From assembly GCF_001194135.2 (NCBI RefSeq), contig NC_069001.1:12047329-12084469 (forward strand): DNA of 37,141 nucleotides, written 5' to 3'. The notes under the pieces are model-generated. The model saw only the letters and a program-made list of their open reading frames with translations. It did no database searches and was not told where the DNA came from. A program made the position numbers and the translations under genes. This document shows positions 35,626 to 37,141 of the stretch, in pieces. How positions within the stretch are numbered: position 1 is the stretch's first letter; every line of letters starts with the position of its first letter. Origin of the DNA: Octopus bimaculoides (Eukaryota).

Positions 35626-36838
35626 ATATATATATATATATGTGTGTATATATACACACACATATAAGATCGGTGTTTGTGTGTCACTTTGAAAACTATA
35701 TATTTCGAACAAGAATTTAGCACCGCCACCTCTAGCCGAACATCTGTACTGCTGAAGAAAAATAACACGGAAATAGCGATACACTGAGTGTGGATGCTAA
35801 ACTCCTTTGTTCCAAAATATAAGGGCGCAGATAATAGTGTCGTACAGCCAGCTGGAGACGATGTTTCGTTGGTTTAAATAATAGCAGTAGCATTCGTCCA
35901 CATAACAATTTTGCCATTGGTCTTACAGCTGCATCTATCCATTTGTATAGTTGGGCAGGTGGTATTGATTTCTTTACGAAACTAAAATTTTTGCGTTTTG
36001 CTAAAATGATTTTTCAGTTGCCATCATGGTTTGGTTTGCTGCACACTATATCTTTACTCCTGAAGCTTTTATCAAGAACAGTGAATCTAGCTGGATCCTT
36101 GCAGCAATCTGCTGCTAATGAAGTGAGATATAATATGCTATTTTAGTTATGAGCAGTGATGAGCACCGAAACAGAACCATTGACCTATATAGGTGGAGAA
36201 ACCCTGCAATCTATATATACAAACTAACAAACTTGCCACTATCCAAACGCCTGGTACCACGTCAGTGACCACGTCAGTGACTAAATCTAAGAACGAAATC
36301 TTCAATTCTAGTGCTTGCTTTGAGGAGCTTGTGAAAGACTTTTGCACTAATTCACATAAATAATAATGTCTTTGATTCCTCTCGAAAGTTGCAATTTTCT
36401 TTCTTAAGGATTGTTTCTGTAATCGATTTTGTCACTTCTGGTGACACGTCATTTCCAATAAGTATGAATTTCTTAACAAAGTAAAGATGTTTTGGAAGCT
36501 AGGAACAAACATTTCTTTTCACAATAGATGAAAGTTCTTCGGGTCCACAAATTTCACCAGGAACAACTCTACGTACCCGTTCTACCGTTATTTCCTCTTT
36601 GTGAAATGGTTCAGAGGGTACTTAATAATTATATCCGGGGAACAGCCAATTCATTCACTGCCACTGATACTCGTCCAAACACCCACATTTCAAGTATCAT
36701 CAAAGACAACGGCACAAACCCAGCAATTTACACAAGTTTATACCTTTAATTAATAGCAAAATTTCATAACATTATACATAGAGATAGATAGACAGACAGA
36801 TAGATAGATAGATAGATAGATGCATACATACATCCATC

Positions 36839-36873
<35 letters not shown>

Positions 36874-36900
36874 GCATACATACATCCATCGATAGATACA

Positions 36901-37141
36901 TTTCTTTTATTAGCCACACAGGGCTCAACGAAGATGGGACAAATACAATGTAGAGCTTTTCTTTTTGGGAGGGGGAAGGAAGGAAAAAAAAAAAATTGGT
37001 GGTGTCGATCAAAAGGGATCGTAGGAAGGGAAAAAGGGGCAGTTCGATCAAAAGGGATCGAAAAAAAAAAGAAAAGGAAAGGCCGATCAATAGGGATCGT
37101 GTATCACACAGTAATGTTCTCGTGTAAAAAGAGGGGAGGAC
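36901..37141 (-). mobile_element. Probable LINE 3' UTR (L1/Tx1-like; class from recall), running off the window end
   Basis: Minus strand ends aataaaagaaa against a (TAGA)/(CATA) tract and contains three spaced 16-bp palindromes. No ORF2 sequence is visible within the window. Confidence 0.4.

Noticed and set aside
37006-37099. CRISPR array
   Set aside because: Only three 16-bp units with low-complexity 23-nt spacers, no cas genes, and a eukaryotic repeat context.

Overview
AT-rich eukaryotic intergenic or intronic DNA from a gapped draft assembly (five N-runs). It is dense in microsatellites and tRNA-headed SINEs whose sequences I recall from Octopus genomes; that assignment is recall, not a search. 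I find no intact protein-coding gene. Nearly all supplied ORFs are microsatellite or N-gap artefacts. Recognisable coding sequence is decayed transposon DNA: Mag/K02A2.6-type Ty3/Gypsy gag (4574-4919) and integrase (17790-18200), an RTE 3' end, an R4/Dong-like RT piece, a CR1/L2-like ORF2 end and a mariner transposase. The most unusual structures are five. (1) A 655-bp retro-element (4461-5115) whose ends are LTR 5' ends in INVERTED orientation, with a tRNA-Ser PBS, deleted gag and a microsatellite phase shift fitting a 5-bp TSD. (2) A minimal Penelope-type hammerhead ribozyme motif (8947-8992, minus) fused head-to-head to an intact Pol III SINE head. (3) A 147-nt near-perfect hairpin (30271-30417). 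(4) A 491-bp element with 53-bp inverted termini (27038-27528). (5) Three 16-bp palindromes at an exact 39-bp period (37006-37099). All alignments and counts were done by hand.
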